A DNA stretch of 64,000 nt from Puia sp. (lineage in GTDB: Bacteria; Bacteroidota; Bacteroidia; Chitinophagales; Chitinophagaceae), in the NCBI RefSeq assembly GCF_035546395.1, contig NZ_DASZXR010000001.1, forward strand, positions 34,624-98,623. The letters are read 5' to 3'. A program made the translations under genes and the position numbers. A model generated the notes under the pieces. The model was not told the origin of the DNA. It ran no database searches and was given only the letters and a program-made list of their open reading frames with translations. Within the stretch, counting starts at the first letter, position 1; each line of letters starts with the position of its first letter. This document shows, one piece after another, positions 62,656-64,000 of this stretch.

Positions 62656-63285
62656 TTACGCCTTTATTCCCAGCCGCCGCCTTTTCCGGATGATCAGCAG
62701 GGCAACTGCCAGGTTGGGCACCCAGCTCCACCACGAGACAATGCGATAGGGGGTGATAAACTCATGAAAAACGTGATATTGAAGAATAGGCAGCCAGATG
62801 CGTAAGGTCACGGCCGCGAAAGTGAGGGAATAGTTGACGATCATCCAATCCCGGTGCCGGTCGATATCCAGCCTGCGGATGCTGCTGTACGCCTGGATAG
62901 CCGAACCCAGCCAGAGCAACGCCAGGGTCCCAAAGCCAGTCGAGCAAGTGATCCCGCCCGTGGCAAAGTACGAGAGATAAAGACCCGCAAGGCTCGCAAA
63001 TCCTACCGCGACAAGATAGACACGCCCCAGCCAGCGGTGCGTGTTCAGATAGCGGGCCCGCAACCGCGGACTGAACTGCGACCATCCCGTCAGCAGCGCG
63101 ATCCCGCCGAAGGTTATATGCGCATAGAAAGCAAGATGCCACACGGGGTCGGCCTGCAAGGCCGCCGGCTTATTGGTCAGGAAGCCCTTATCGTGCATGT
63201 CGACGATATAGTAGATCAGCGGGTAGAGTCCTACCGCGATGGCCAGAAAGACAAATGGGATCCATCCCAGCAGTCGTGTGCGCAT
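62656..63285 (-). CDS. DUF2306 membrane protein
   Basis: FYAHITFGGIALLTGWSQF, HRWLGRVY, HRDWMIVNYSLTFAAVTLR, WVPNL. Confidence 0.9.
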   Translation of the reverse strand: MRTRLLGWIPFVFLAIAVGLYPLIYYIVDMHDKGFLTNKPAALQADPVWHLAFYAHITFGGIALLTGWSQFSPRLRARYLNTHRWLGRVYLVAVGFASLAGLYLSYFATGGITCSTGFGTLALLWLGSAIQAYSSIRRLDIDRHRDWMIVNYSLTFAAVTLRIWLPILQYHVFHEFITPYRIVSWWSWVPNLAVALLIIRKRRRLGIKA

Positions 63286-63320
63286 GGATTAAACCTACGA
63301 AGTTTTTGGCGCATGGGCAA

Positions 63321-63360
63321 GGCGGTCCACAGGTCCGCCGGCCGAAGGCCCATCATCAAC
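63321..63360 (+). repeat. Composite intergenic hairpin element (REP-like), copy 3
   Basis: GGCGG-TCCACAGGT-CCGCC hairpin, then GGCCGAAGGCC-CATCATCAAC; its last bases overlap the plsC stop codon. Confidence 0.5.
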
Positions 63361-64000
63361 CACGGCGCGCCGCGGGTTCACCTTCCACATCAACCCAAGG
63401 CGCGCCGTACCTCAGCAACGCACCCTCCATCAGGCGATACACCTGCTCCTTCAAGGCGGGCAGGTCGTCGATTCCCAACCCCTCCACCTCCACCGCCGGC
63501 AGAAAGACCGAACGGAACCGCCCCGGCCGCAACGAAAAGATGCTGCGATAATGCATCAGGTCATAGGTCCCCAAAAACAGGATCGGCTGCAGCGCCGTCT
63601 GCGTCTCGATCGCGATCCGGAACGCCCCGTCATAGAATTCCTTCAACGGCTGTCCCGTCTCATTAAAAGTTCCCTCGGGAAAAATGAAAATGGAAATCCC
63701 CATCGCCAGCACCCCCTTCAACTCCCGGACGCTCCGGCTGCGCTCATGCGCATTCCGGCGGTCGACCATCACCACTGCCCGGCTATAGATATATCCAAAT
63801 AGCGGGATCTTCGCCATCTCGACCTTCCCCAGGATTCGAATGGTATCCCGCCTGATCGCCCGCAGGATCATCGGGATATCGAGATAGCTGATATGATTGG
63901 CAATAAAGATATACTGCCGCCCCGGATCAGGCCTGGACTCATAGATATTTTGATGACGGATGCCGACAAGCGCCAGCCAGGCCCTGTCCCACCAGCGGCA
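63356..64000 (-). CDS. plsC: 1-acyl-sn-glycerol-3-phosphate acyltransferase; 5' end lies outside the window
   Basis: The frame stays open to the window end. Manual translation gives QYIFIANHISYLDIP (NHxxxxD), then IFIFPEGTFN. Confidence 0.9.
   Translation of the reverse strand, partial: CRWWDRAWLALVGIRHQNIYESRPDPGRQYIFIANHISYLDIPMILRAIRRDTIRILGKVEMAKIPLFGYIYSRAVVMVDRRNAHERSRSVRELKGVLAMGISIFIFPEGTFNETGQPLKEFYDGAFRIAIETQTALQPILFLGTYDLMHYRSIFSLRPGRFRSVFLPAVEVEGLGIDDLPALKEQVYRLMEGALLRYGAPWVDVEGEPAARRG

Noticed and set aside
1-64000. CRISPR array, tRNA/rRNA, IS/transposase, prophage or anti-phage defence genes
   Set aside because: No regularly spaced repeats, cloverleafs, rRNA-like tracts, integrase/transposase or nuclease-type defence motifs were seen, and no obvious compositional island.

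Overview
Chromosomal segment from a GC-rich Bacteroidota, most likely Chitinophagaceae-like. Support: a SusC/SusD pair, MacB/FtsX-type permease paralogs, beta-propeller/Y_Y_Y sensor kinase, TAnnTTTG -7 promoter boxes and lipoprotein signal peptides. About 48 CDS are supported, two cut by the window ends. They include housekeeping genes (murB, priA, plsC, pnuC), scattered CAZymes (GH3, GH2, GH128, CE2-like), three AraC-family regulators (one frameshifted), a NarL-type two-component system and several GT-C-type membrane glycosyltransferases. I saw no rRNA, tRNA, CRISPR array, transposase or prophage gene. Best leads: (1) a tandem pair of DUF2723/TMEM260-like putative protein O-glycosyltransferases, with a PIG-B-like GT-C enzyme and a plant-type endo-beta-mannosidase homolog nearby; (2) an in-frame fusion of a type-B carboxylesterase to DUF2891; (3) a 59-aa basic protein missed by the ORF track; (4) a family of composite intergenic hairpins with a CGAAG mini-hairpin. 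All family calls come from motif recognition by eye, not from database searches.
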